A stretch of DNA of 64,000 nucleotides from Flectonema sp. DT1601 (taxonomy: Eukaryota): the NCBI GenBank assembly GCA_964019425.1, contig OZ025802.1, positions 62,001 to 126,000 on the forward strand, written 5' to 3'. This document shows, piece after piece, positions 34,645-46,080 of the stretch. The notes beneath the pieces are model-generated. The model was not told the DNA's origin, did no database searches, and saw nothing but the letters and a program-made list of their open reading frames with translations. The position numbers and the translations under genes are program-made. Positions within the stretch are counted from its first letter, which is position 1. Each line of letters begins with the position of its first letter.

Positions 34645-35051
34645 TTTAGATTAAAGTGGTGAGTGAAGATAAGAAGCTGTTGAGGGAAGAAAGTGAGAAG
34701 TCTGACTACCAACACGAAAACCAATCGACTCAATACAAACACATCACTTGTGGTTAGAGTGATGTCTACCAGCTACTGGTATTGGATTGTTAAAGGGAGG
34801 AGATCACACAAAGAGACTCATCAAATGTGAAAAGGTCGTCACATTTTATTTTGCAGGGATGAAGACATTCATTGCGTCACTCAGATGACACTGCGACTGA
34901 CTTAATAATATCAGAAAGTGTTCTTTACTACGAGAGGTGGTGTACCTACTCGATTCAGACTCCAGCACTTGAAGTCCTCAACTTCGAATCTCAAAATATA
35001 ATTCAATTCCTCATTGCCTTATTTCAGTGATGCGCAACTTAAAAGATTTGA

Positions 35052-35384
35052 TTAGATGGAGCTTCCCAACTTCTTCATCACCTTACCCAACTTCATTGCG
35101 ACGTCAGTGTCTCCGTCGAGCTCAATCTTTCCCTCCATGAACAGACCCATAGGATCGGCCTTTCCTCCGGCCAATTCAACGAAAACAGCCTCGTCCATCT
35201 TGAATGAAGCGGCAGCGTCCTCACACTTTCCCTTGTAGGCCTTGCATGCCTTCAAGTCAATCACGTATGAAACACCAGTGTCTGGGAACTCGTAGGTGAT
35301 GATCTCGTTAACCATCTTGGCGGCCTCCTTACCAACTGAGGTGTTGAGGGCTGCGGACATCTTCTGGAAAATTGCGTCGGCCAT
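35052..35384 (-). CDS. SCP2, array 2 copy 6
   Basis: Identical 110-aa protein. Confidence 0.9.
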   Translation of the reverse strand: MADAIFQKMSAALNTSVGKEAAKMVNEIITYEFPDTGVSYVIDLKACKAYKGKCEDAAASFKMDEAVFVELAGGKADPMGLFMEGKIELDGDTDVAMKLGKVMKKLGSSI

Positions 35385-35774
35385 TTTAGATTAAAGTGGT
35401 GGATGAAGATAAGAAGCTGTTGAGGAGGAAATGTTAGCACTAAGACGACAGTTTAGAATTCAAAGACAAATGATTTTGAAGATATTCGTAAACAGATGTG
35501 GCCAAGAATTTGATTTGAAGAACCAATAGCAAAACATAAATAAAAAGACTTCTCCCTTTGATTGGCTAGTTAGGATAGTTGTCAAGGTGGGATCATATCT
35601 TTTGTTAAACTGATAACACAAAATGAACACATCGTCGTTGTCGCGAAGGTGTCATAAATATAACAGGTTTGGGTAACTAAAGGAATTAATAAATATAAAA
35701 TGGCGACCAAAAAAGCAGCCATCTGTCTGAATAACAGAGTTGAGAGAAGTTATCGTTTGAAGCAGAAAATGTGA

Positions 35775-38168
35775 TTAGTCATCAGTAGAACATGTCTCTG
35801 CGTCGCTATCAGAACCGCCGATTCCCTCGTCACCCATTTCAGATTTTTCAGATTCTAATTCTGATGAACCAATCAATGTTGGAGCTTCGAATGACGGTTC
35901 ATGTGATAGCCTTAATACTTGTTGTGGTTCACTTGCTTTCATTAGAGGTGGTGGCATAAAGAATAAAATAAGAATACCATTCACTGCTTCTTTAATTAAT
36001 CCCTGACCTCCACGATGAGTATCAGGTAATCCCTTACCACGTTTTAAGTAGAAACCACTTTTCTCAGAGAAGGCTTCACAAAGTGAATAACCTGACCAGC
36101 CTTCGTCTTCAAGTGCACAACGAGGACGACTGAGATTATATACTCTTTCCATCGGAATACGTTCGCCGAGGTAATGAATTGCTGTGTATGGTTCTCGATT
36201 CTGAGCAAGTGGAAATGAACCCATCAATACTTGAATGCATAATGGTAATCCAACAACAGGAAATGTTAATCCTGGACAATCACATAAAGTTATTTCATTA
36301 TTTAAAGGAATGTGTTGTAAGTGTTTTGTGTGACCAGCAGTTGCACTCGTCGAGACCACCTTTTCCCCTTTCAGTGAATTAATAAAACTACTCTTCCCTA
36401 CATTCGGATGACCTACTGTCCCTAACATGACTCTCTCACCGTCCTTTATGTTTGTTAGACTTTTGGCTGTTTCTAAAAGAGTTTTAATCATCGCCGCTAC
36501 TTTGAGACGTTCGGCGTTTTCGGGTAGGCTGCGTAGTTCTGATGAGATAGCTTTCTTTTGTCCTTTAAAAGCCTCGTGAATTGATTCTTCGCTGTCAGAT
36601 GAGTTTCTTGAAGAAGGTTTGTTGTATCTTTTTCTTCGAGGTGGTTGATTCTTCTTACGCGCTGGTTCATCATCGTCGTCTCCTTTGTTCATTCCTTTAA
36701 AGTTAACGACAGGATCGATTGCTTCTATTCCATCATTGTGTAAGAATTCATGAACAGATGATAGTGTGATGTCTTTATCGTTATCGTCGTGAGGAGGATT
36801 GGAGGGTTTTTCCTTTTTCTTACGGCGATGCCTTGACTTTGGGTTTGTATCAGGAGTCTCTTCACAAAGCGCCTTGTGGACTGACGATAGAGTTATCTCT
36901 TGTTCGTTATCATCGTTGTTGTTGTTGTTGTTGTTGTTATTGTTGTTCTGGTGTTTCGTATGTCTTCCCTTCCTGCGCCCTCCGCGTTTTCGCTTGCTGG
37001 CCTTGTCGTCATTTTCACTCTCGTTGCTGTGCTTTTTACCAGACGTTGCTTTTTCATTACACTTCCCGTGTTTTGACTTCACATTCGAATCGCTTTCACT
37101 CTCTTTGGTTGTTTTACTTATTTGTGAAAGAGCGTCTTCAGTGTCACTGATCGCTTTGTTTTGTTTCCCGTGAGATCCTTTCTTCTGACGTCTTCTGCGT
37201 TTTGGTTTCTTACTGGAGTTGTCGCTGAGTTGAGATAGGTCATCATCAGTAGTATTAATTACTTTATGATTGTGAGTGTTATCTGAATCAGAACTCGTCT
37301 CTTGTTCCTGGTAATCTGTTTCCTCACCAGTGTTCAGGTCGTTAATGTAAAGGTTGTAGTTTACTTTGGTTTTTGAATCTCTTAACCTTCGTTTTCTATA
37401 TCTATTATCATTCAATTCTAAGGTAACAGTTTCTAAATTAGGATGACAAGTGAATGGAATAATTGGTATCGTCGGATGTAACTTCGTTAAGTATTCCATC
37501 CAAGCATCAACAGATGCTTGTGGAACCAAATCAATCTTGTTGAGAACGATCATAATAGGTTTGTTTATATCTCTTAAGAAAGCAATTAAGGAACTTGGGA
37601 TATGAAATAACGGATGTCGAGCATCAGCGATGATCGCAACGACGTGAGAACTTTCACAAACCCTCCAGAGTTGACGCCATACTTCGAGGTTCCTCTCGAA
37701 GAGGTTTAAGTTTGAGTGGCCGTATTCTTTATCAATAATCTCTAAGTAATTACTGAAATACATGTTTTCACGTGTTTCGATTGACTGTTCCGTGTCAGAA
37801 GTTCCCCATTGCGGACGTTTTGGGATTTGCAATGACCGCGGAGGTTCAACTAAACTATCACCTTCGATGTTCCACCAGCGTTCGAATTCTACTCCGTGAG
37901 TAAACCTTCTCGTGGTGTATTCTTGCATTGCAGCCTTCTTTCGTTTGTCTACCTCAGCCCTCTCTTCTTTTCTAAAAACTGATCGTTTCTCATTCTTTAT
38001 TAATTCACCTTTCCTAGTAGTCCTTCCTTCTTTTGAAGTTATCTCAGACTTCTTTACAAAAACTGTTTTTTCAGGATTCTCCTCTGCCTGTATCCGCTGC
38101 TGTTTTTTAACTCTCTTCGCCTGAAGCTGTGCTTTCTTTGCCTTTCCACTGAAAGGTCTACCTCCCAT
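35775..38168 (-). CDS. GNL1: Circularly permuted GTPase of the GNL1/LSG1 group, with a long low-complexity insertion
   Basis: FERNLEVWRQLWRV, G4 NKID preceding G1 GHPNVGKS, G2 GHTKH, G3 DCPG; N-terminal PFSGKAKKAQLQAKR resembles GNL1. Confidence 0.85.
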   Translation of the reverse strand: MGGRPFSGKAKKAQLQAKRVKKQQRIQAEENPEKTVFVKKSEITSKEGRTTRKGELIKNEKRSVFRKEERAEVDKRKKAAMQEYTTRRFTHGVEFERWWNIEGDSLVEPPRSLQIPKRPQWGTSDTEQSIETRENMYFSNYLEIIDKEYGHSNLNLFERNLEVWRQLWRVCESSHVVAIIADARHPLFHIPSSLIAFLRDINKPIMIVLNKIDLVPQASVDAWMEYLTKLHPTIPIIPFTCHPNLETVTLELNDNRYRKRRLRDSKTKVNYNLYINDLNTGEETDYQEQETSSDSDNTHNHKVINTTDDDLSQLSDNSSKKPKRRRRQKKGSHGKQNKAISDTEDALSQISKTTKESESDSNVKSKHGKCNEKATSGKKHSNESENDDKASKRKRGGRRKGRHTKHQNNNNNNNNNNNDDNEQEITLSSVHKALCEETPDTNPKSRHRRKKKEKPSNPPHDDNDKDITLSSVHEFLHNDGIEAIDPVVNFKGMNKGDDDDEPARKKNQPPRRKRYNKPSSRNSSDSEESIHEAFKGQKKAISSELRSLPENAERLKVAAMIKTLLETAKSLTNIKDGERVMLGTVGHPNVGKSSFINSLKGEKVVSTSATAGHTKHLQHIPLNNEITLCDCPGLTFPVVGLPLCIQVLMGSFPLAQNREPYTAIHYLGERIPMERVYNLSRPRCALEDEGWSGYSLCEAFSEKSGFYLKRGKGLPDTHRGGQGLIKEAVNGILILFFMPPPLMKASEPQQVLRLSHEPSFEAPTLIGSSELESEKSEMGDEGIGGSDSDAETCSTDD

Positions 38169-38280
38169 TTTTTTTTTTTTTTTTTTTTTTTTTCTTTTAA
38201 AGTTCTAATGAGAGTGTTGAATTACTAATCCATAGTAGTGTAGACAGGTGTATGAACAGATTTTCTTTACTTTACTCTTT

Positions 38281-38832
38281 TCACGAGTAGTTCGGATTAC
38301 CACCCGAGTAGTTTAATAAAATACCGTTACCTGTCGGAACAAACTCAACCGTTTCGTTTTCAATAGACAAGTCACCAGCCACAATAAGAAGTGCTATCAA
38401 GAGTTTAATTACATTACTGTTCGTGTAATTAATAAAAAACAGTGATGAGGTACTTAAATGTGATTTTATCTTTTTAAGCATTCCCTCAATTGTTCGAAAT
38501 TCGCCTTTTGATGACATTAAGAAAGACGAGGAATCAACTTGTGCGATTTGCCTCATTTCTATTAGAGTTGATGTTTTTAATTTCATCCGAAGAGGTTGCG
38601 TTTGAATGAAGTTTCTTAAGTCGTCTGGATCAAATGCTCCAATGTAGTCAATGGAAAAACAAACTCTTCCACCTCCTGCAGTGAATTCTTTATTATATTC
38701 GTTCATATCTGAGAGTAGTTGCATTGCTCGCTCAGCATCTTCAACTTCCCCAACTAGTTCTGTGCTTGAGTACTGACCTTTGAATGTGTTCTCGCCAACT
38801 TGTTTTAAACCGTTTCTAATTTCGTCAATCAT
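38281..38832 (-). CDS. 183-aa hypothetical protein
   Basis: ORF on the cluster strand preceded by a TTTCAG acceptor-like site near 38858; no family recognised. Confidence 0.6.
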   Translation of the reverse strand: MIDEIRNGLKQVGENTFKGQYSSTELVGEVEDAERAMQLLSDMNEYNKEFTAGGGRVCFSIDYIGAFDPDDLRNFIQTQPLRMKLKTSTLIEMRQIAQVDSSSFLMSSKGEFRTIEGMLKKIKSHLSTSSLFFINYTNSNVIKLLIALLIVAGDLSIENETVEFVPTGNGILLNYSGGNPNYS

Positions 38833-39554
38833 GTTGTTAGCAGGGGTCAGGATGACCTGAAATATACAAAAATAATGAAAAGGAAAAAAAAAGTTTTTTT
38901 TTTTTTTTTTTTTTTTTTAAACGAAGGTACACAAAACACTTTCAATCATCACCTGTCAGAACGGGTTTTATTTTTAAAGTCTTTTGTTCAAAACAATTTT
39001 TATAAAAATGTAAGGCAAGGTCTAATACTGGGAAACTGTAACTTTTTTTCTTTGATAACTTCTTTTTTTTGTTAAAACGAAAACAGACAACGAAGCTACT
39101 CTCGCAAGAATATAAAAAAAAATTTAAAAATAAAAAGGCAAACTCGCTAAGCAACAACTATGAGAGTAAAATCCTTGTAATCGGAGTCATCTCCACCGTG
39201 GAATTTCCTATCAAGCACCAAATTAAGGGAGCGTAGCATGACGTGAAAAATTAAAGCGTTGGTAACGATCCAGAGCCAATTTCAGTCATTTCATACGAAC
39301 CGCGAACTATTTGACTGAAGTTAAGTGGAGCAAACCCATTGAAAGTAGTCATTCACACAACTGACGCAGTACTCAATAGTCGAATGATGTTACTTTGCAA
39401 TTTCAAATACAACTTTTTTTAAAAGTGAATGGGATGTTTATAAATCGTGCGATTATTGAAATGCCGTTTGAGTAAAAACAAAACAATACATTTACCGCAC
39501 TGCATTGAGGAAAAAGATTACAAAAAAGAGAAAAAAGAAAAAAAAAATATATAT

Positions 39555-41214
39555 TAGTCATTCCAAAAATAACCGTCCATTTTAGGGTTCCAGTATTTCA
39601 TAGGTGAAAATAGGGAGTAAAACTTAAAACCGAATACCCATTTTAATCGCTTTTGCACCGCTGATTTCATTCCCGCTGCGATTCAAAAAAATGCAGCTAA
39701 AATTCAAAAAAATTGTGACATTTTTGTGTGGTGAAAATTTTGAATAATGGAACTGTTGATGTCTAATCGGCTGCCCCGGGTGCTAAAATGAAAGATCGGT
39801 ATATGGTTCTATATCCGGCTGTACCTGGTCGGATGTTTTACTCTGAAACAGTTACAAAGGCTGCTCGAAGCAAAACAGTACCTTGTACATCTTACACTAC
39901 ACTTAGCCTATTTTTATTTTTGATTAGGCTTAGCTCTTTTGGCAACTTTTACTGCTGGCTTTCTTCGTTTTCCTACCGGCAATGAACCGATAATAGAACT
40001 AGTTGAACGCAGCGATCTGAAACTGGAACTAGAACTAGATTCAGTGGCCAAAGAAGCAGTTGTAAGACGGGTCTCGACATAGTATGAGTGGTAGGTGGTC
40101 ACTCAAGCGGGTTAGCTGAAATCTTCTCAGGCCCACAAGTCTTATATAAGCAGGAAGGATAAGTGCAATTTGCATGTGCCACCTGCAACGGCATCGAGGG
40201 TTATTCGGACAAGATTTGACATGAGCAGGCCTTTTGTCACAAAACTGAGGATATGAGATAGCTGTGTGAGTTCTGCAGAAGGCACTCCACAAGGCAAGGT
40301 ATGGTTCTCTTACATAGAGGACTGTCTCTTTACTTGTCTCGCCGGTTATGTAGTCTTTGCTGAGGACCACGCGGTTTGACTCAGGGCGTGCATTGGAAAT
40401 CCAGAAGTTCCAGATATCTCTGTCTTGGCTGCGCTGCTTTACTGATTGGGAGGGATCGTGCTGTTCCAGCCTCTGTAGCTGCTTACGCATTGAAGAATCC
40501 CTGACATGGGCATTAATCTGGCTATCAGTGTAGCCTAGCGTGAGACAGAGTCTCAAAAACTGAGAACGGACAGCAGGAACTGATTCTTTCACGCGTTCAA
40601 AAATATCTGAGAGCGGTTCCGGATTGATCGGCTCTGCAGGGATACTGACGGATGCGTAATGCGGATCACTAGTCAGCCTTTTTGCTCGCTGGTAGCAAGC
40701 GTTGCAGATTGAGCGCAGAGGAGCATACGCCGGGATTTCAAGACTACCGCGAAGTGGCTCAAGAAGCTTGTTGAACTTCGGATTCCGTCTTTTCGCGTTA
40801 GTGTGCGAGGTGCAGTTGTAGTTGTCTGAGGAGCACTCAGCTGGCATCTCGTGGCACGTGTGACACTTCATTGAGAGAAGTTTAAGCTGGTGCTTAAGGG
40901 AATAATAAGTGTAGTTACGAGAAAAAATGCCAATCTCTGATGCATTTCCCTTTTTTTTCCAGAAAAAAATTAAATGCAGCAACAGGATTAACTTTTCCAT
41001 GCCGACAGTGACATTCTCTTAGTACCCATAACGCACCTGTCGGGTTCTAACGGTCAGTAAAAAAAGTGAAAAAAAAATAATCCCACCGCGTAAAATCAGA
41101 GATTGGGGCCGAACCTTTCCACCTCGTAAAAAATCTCGAAAATGGATGCATTTTTGACCAATGGCTGCTCGAAGCAAAACTGGTTTTCGCGGCCGGTTAT
41201 TTTTGGAATGACTA
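39555..41214 (-). mobile_element. Cut-and-paste DNA transposon, internally deleted (non-autonomous)
   Basis: Perfect 21-bp TIR TAGTCATTCCAAAAATAACCG (39555-39575 / 41194-41214) flanked by ATAT on both sides; internal 18-bp direct repeat ggctgctcgaagcaaaac at 39859 and 41163; interior richer in GC than the flanks. Confidence 0.88.
40041..40871 (-). pseudogene. Truncated transposase-like ORF (N-terminal Cys/His motifs, no recognisable DDE core)
   Basis: Inside the TIRs; CxxC...CxxH...CxxC N-terminus and LWSAF...ISYPQFCDKRPAHV...CRCRWH, resembling the pre-catalytic region of some eukaryotic transposases; a basic NLS-like tail follows in another frame (39914-40040). Confidence 0.65.
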
Positions 41215-41820
41215 ATATATAAATATCGGATTTTCTGGAGTTATAAAAAAAATACGAAAATCGTCTTCAACAAGACAGCGTGTGAATGACAGAAGGCTGA
41301 ACGTTTATTAAGTCGTTTCGAATTGAATAACAATAACATAAAGAGTGAATTAGTTTCGTAAACAGAACTCCCACAAAGCAGATCGCAGGGGTCGTTGAGG
41401 CAACAATCGCAAGGGGAAATCGAATAGAAGGAAGTAAAAAAAAAAAAAAAACAGTAAGAGTTTCTTACATTTCCTCCTAAAGTGATTCGGAATGTGTATC
41501 CCCACAAAGCGTTGGCGGTAGAGGGGCAGGAGATCTACAAAGCGAGCGGATGGGCAACAAAACAAACGAACTAAACAAAAAAAAACTCACGCACGCAGCT
41601 CCCCATAACAACATCAATACAATACCATATTGAGTATGGATGATTTCTATTGTCTTCTTCAATAACATCAGTTATCTAGTATGTAGATCGATTGGTGTTC
41701 AACAAAGAACTCCTGAGAGAATGCCAACAGAAATAATAAAAAGATATCGACCCAACGCAAGATAACTAATACATTTGAATACAATAATCCAACACAGCAG
41801 TGTGTTGACACTTCGAGAGG

Positions 41821-43710
41821 TTAGTAACCACCAGTTAATGGCCATCTTCCTGATGAGGCTCGTGAAGATGCTCTGGGACTGTTTTTTTTATATTTTATAT
41901 TGATGTGTCTGTTGTTGATAGTTGTAACTTATAATGTCACTACATACCTTGGTCCTACATCTTGCTTCTTTCCTCGCATCCATACTCCCTTTGGAGCACC
42001 CAGAACAAATGATGTTGTCAGTGAATTACATCTTCCGTTAAGAGAAGAAGGTCTTGATCCAAAAGAAGAATTTAAAATACTTCCTGGTTGGTATTGATTT
42101 GGTTGTTGTGTCCCATCAAGAGGAATCTTTGGAATAGTCGGGACGAGATCAGGTTGATATTCATTTAGTTGATATCCTTTACCAGTTTTTCCAAAAGTTG
42201 TCGAAACATGAGATGCATAATCCGGGTGAGCAGCAGACTGTTTAACCCAATCACTGAATCCAGCAATAGCAATATCATTCTTCCTTGCGGCAGCTGCCTG
42301 TTTCCTTCCTGCTGCTTGACGAGTCTTCTTTACTTTAGAACGCTGCGTTTTGCGATTGTTTACTTCATTTTCAAGTTCCTCTACCCAGGCGCTTAGGATA
42401 GCAGTCTTACGAAACTTTGGTAGAATATTCCCAGTAGCCCTTCTTAATCTAGAAGCTTTCGTTTCTTTATACCCTCGAGGAGTTTGTATCGTCCTCTTTG
42501 GTTGTGGAGTACGGGCAGCAATATATCCAGTAGCACGTTTAGCAGCAATTTTTGAAGCCTGAGCAGTGCTGAGATTTCCTCTGTGAGGTGCTCTGCCTCC
42601 AAAGCCTCCGTTGATTGCTTGTTCAGTTGGCGTGAGTCTACCTGCTGGAATAGGAGATCTGTCTGTGGATCTCAAAGGTATCCTTTCAGGTGCTTTTGTG
42701 TTATTGAAACTGTAAGGGAGAGGATGAGATTGTGGTTCTAGGCGTTTCCTGACTTCAGAATTTCCAATTATCGAATTAAAGTTAGCATTAGACCCGTAGT
42801 CTCTACTTCTTCTATCTCCTCTGTAGTAGTCATCATCATTTGATGATCTGTCAGTACCAGGCTTCCGAAGACCAGTAAAGCTTTCTTTTTCTAATTGATC
42901 GCGTGAGTACTCTTCAGGTGGGGGAGAGTATATCTTACTTGGTGAGAATGGAGGCTTACCAGAGTTTAAATCTTGAGTATGAGTCTTTCTTTCTCTGTAA
43001 GGACTTGTATCTCTTGACTGACTTGTTTGACTGTCAATAGTACTTCTCAATTTGTGTTTATCAACTTCATTAATTAAACTACTCATATCGTCTACGTCAT
43101 CATTCCAATGACCAAGTGTGACACTACTCGGTCTTGGACAGGCGATATCTTTAATTGGTTGTGGTGCTATTGGGCATTCCATCATAATTATGTCACTTCC
43201 AGCAGCTACTTCACCATTTCCGTTAAGACTGTTGGTACTGATGTGGTATCGGCTACTACCTCTTCTTATCATTGTACCGTATGATGGAATCTTTAATCTG
43301 TTGTAATATCTGAATAGCATTTCATATTTCTGTTCTGCGAGAACCGCTCGTTGCATTACTCGGATGGCACTCTGTTCAAGTCGATGGTACCGTTTTCGTG
43401 TTGTCCCTGGACATGATAGTTGTAAATCAGTTGTAGACATTCCAGTCGATTCGATTGTTTTCTTTATGTGTGAATTCTTTAATATAAATGTTGTCGCTTT
43501 CTTCGCTTGATCATCACTTTCTAAACACCTCGCAAACCATTCGTCAGCTTTCTCCAATTCAGTGTCGTCAATACCGTGCAAGTTCTTCATCTGTTGGAGG
43601 AGAGCTTTCATTCTGCGAATATCTACGTCGCCTTCACCATCTGTATCCATCTGTCGGAATCTTGTTAGAAGGGCCCTGCCTTCCGGAGACTTTGAATTTT
43701 GTCCCCCCAT
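41821..43710 (-). CDS. N-myristoylation-motif, EF-hand-like protein with a long disordered C-terminus; exons 43710-41948 and 41878-41821
   Basis: MGGQNS start; DTDGEGDVDIRR EF-hand-like loop; intron 41879-41947 (GTATGT..AAACAG) gives PSPRASSRASSGRWPLTGGY-stop. Confidence 0.75.
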
Positions 43711-44378
43711 TCTCTTGTAGGTACCTTTAAATGAAATAATTTAAAAACAAAAAAAAAACTTTTATCCAAAAAAAAGAAAAAAAAAAAAAAACACATTCCA
43801 AGGAAAGGGTTTCTTTTTTTTTTTTTTTTTTTTTTTTGTTCGCTCACGTCTTCAAAACTAGCTGAGAAAAAGAACGAAGAAAAAAGTAATCTTTCGAAAA
43901 AAGACTCGAAAAAACCAAAACCAAAAGAAGAAAAAAAAGAAGGGGAAAAAAAAACGCCAATAACGGAAACAACGAAATCAAAGCAGCGAAGTAGCAGCAG
44001 CCAATTAATAACATCTCAAGCTTGGAAATTCTGACTCGCTAGACAAAATAAAGTACGGTGTTTTTTTTTTTCTGTTCTTTTTCCCCCTTTCTTTTTTTTC
44101 TTCGGCTAACTTCACAGCAATACCGAAAAATATGAGTTAGAGTATATGTGTATTTCAGAGTAAAGTAAAGAAAGTGAAACTATTTAAATAAATTGTTTTT
44201 TTTGTTCCACATGACCACCGGTGGTGGAAAAACGAAGAAGCCATAATCTTATTTTATTAATTATTTTTTTTTTGAAGTTCGGGTAGTCAAAACCTCCAGG
44301 GAAGCCCGTAATTCGCCGTGAGACCTTCACAGGCGAGAAGAGACGTAGTTATTACCGAAAGTAGTTAACTACCGAGAC

Positions 44379-44424
44379 CCACCGCATGCACGAGACAGGC
44401 ACCACCGCATGCACGAGACAGGCA
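44379..44424. repeat. 23-bp tandem duplication
   Basis: ccaccgcatgcacgagacaggca x2. Confidence 0.9.
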
Positions 44425-45149
44425 GTGTAAGAGACGGCTGATGACGCCAATTTTTCACCTTACACTGCTTGTCGTTCATCTGTTAGTTTTTGGAGACTTT
44501 TCATTTTTAAATTTCTTGTCAAATCTGTTTCAGTAATTCTAATCAAAATAACTGATTCACGTCGGGTGACATTTAATTTACTAAGTTGTGTGTTTCTCGC
44601 GTTTATCTTCAAGTTTGTTAGTAGAAATGAGTAACTGCAATAAATCTCGAGGGACGCAAGTAATTTCATCAAAATTTCCCTCTTGAATCAACGCAAATTG
44701 TAGTATTCGTAATTTAATAAATGAATCTGACGACAGAAAATAATGCTGATAGATAATTCTAACATGCGTGCAAGTATTTTATCTTTTTTAAACATAACTC
44801 ACCTTTTGAGGGCTATTTGTTTTAGAAAAATATTTTTTGTACTTGTAAGCCCATGTGCATGGGCATTGTTCAGTCAGAATTAAAAAAAAAAAAAAAAAAA
44901 GTGAAGCGATTCTGACTAAATTTTTTGGAAGTAATTTTTCACGACATAATTATATTTTCAAGTTTTTTTTTTTTTTTTTTTAAATATCTTTTGTAGCAAA
45001 ACAAATAAAAACGTTCTCTTTTTATGTTTTGCGATTTTATGTTTTTTTTTATAATGCTAACAAATACTACTACTGAGAATCTCTCAGGGCAGTGGGAAGC
45101 TATTAAATTTCAAAAAAAGAGACCTACTTTTTGTTATAAAAATATACAA

Positions 45150-45181
<32 letters not shown>

Positions 45182-45619
45182 GAGGATCGCACATAGAATC
45201 CCTCGTCTTTGATTATCTAATGTGTTCTGTGTGACTATCAATGTCCCAGACAACATTTCTTTGCATACTGATGGTAGGCAAGATGCAGTAATATCATTGT
45301 TTTATTGTCTCTTTTTTAGTTGCCTCCCGTTCCTGTTCACACTTTGATAGGTATGAACAGATCTTTTGAAAGGACATCTGAGTCAACAATAATTAAAAAA
45401 AAAAAAAAAAAAAAAAAGATTATTTAGTAACTACTTCTATGTTATGATACAGTCACGTCATCATAAAACAACTAATGAAACGAAGGGGGGTAAAAAAAAA
45501 AAAAAAAAAAAAAATCAAAAACTTCCTCCGAAATGAGTTAACGTTAACAGGAAAGCGAGCAGAAGAAAATAAATATCTGTAATTGTACCAGAGTTTAACT
45601 AAAGTAGACGTTAGTTTTT

Positions 45620-45926
45620 GATACAGTTGGGGGGTACTAACTGCTTGATTTTGTACGTAAAATACAAATGTATTGTATCATAAACAACATAACTATAATT
45701 TAACATCAGTTTAAGATACAGTGACTAGGTGTGATGCGTAACTTAGCCTTTTTAAAGTAACTATTTAGGTATCGAGAGTAATCCATACTAAAACCTTAGA
45801 TGCAGTTGGGGATTAACTGTTCGAGTTTGTACGTAAAATACAAATGTATTGTATCATAAACAACATAACTATAATTTAACATTAGTTCTGAGATACAGTT
45901 GACTAAAGGTAATGTTAGTGTAGGTA
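45620..45926. repeat. About 100-bp direct repeat pair plus a dispersed-repeat fragment
   Basis: tttgtacgtaaaatacaaatgtattgtatcataaacaacataactataatttaacat near 45650 and 45826; gttgactaaaggtaatgttagt.taggta at 45898 also at 13247. Confidence 0.85.
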
Positions 45927-46045
45927 TACAGTTGGGGGGGACATGGAGAAGCTTTTAAAAAAAAAAAAAAAAATATCAACAAAACTCACACTGATAACAA
46001 AAAAAATGGAGAATAATATCTCAAAAAGTTTAAACCACAAACTAT

Positions 46046-46080
<35 letters not shown>

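Noticed and set aside
18388..34951. Regularly recurring palindromic 20-mer read as a CRISPR repeat or integron attC site
   Set aside because: Copies are about 700-900 bp apart and separated by whole SCP2 genes; no cas or integrase gene is present; the context is eukaryotic; spacer types do not switch at the motif as cassette recombination would predict
17859..35238. Repeated 60-aa plus-strand ORFs (MELPNFF...) and 72-98-aa minus-strand ORFs (...KWPTQFSRRC...)
   Set aside because: Antisense or alternative-frame shadows of the SCP2 CDS; nucleotide differences among intact copies are synonymous in the SCP2 frame
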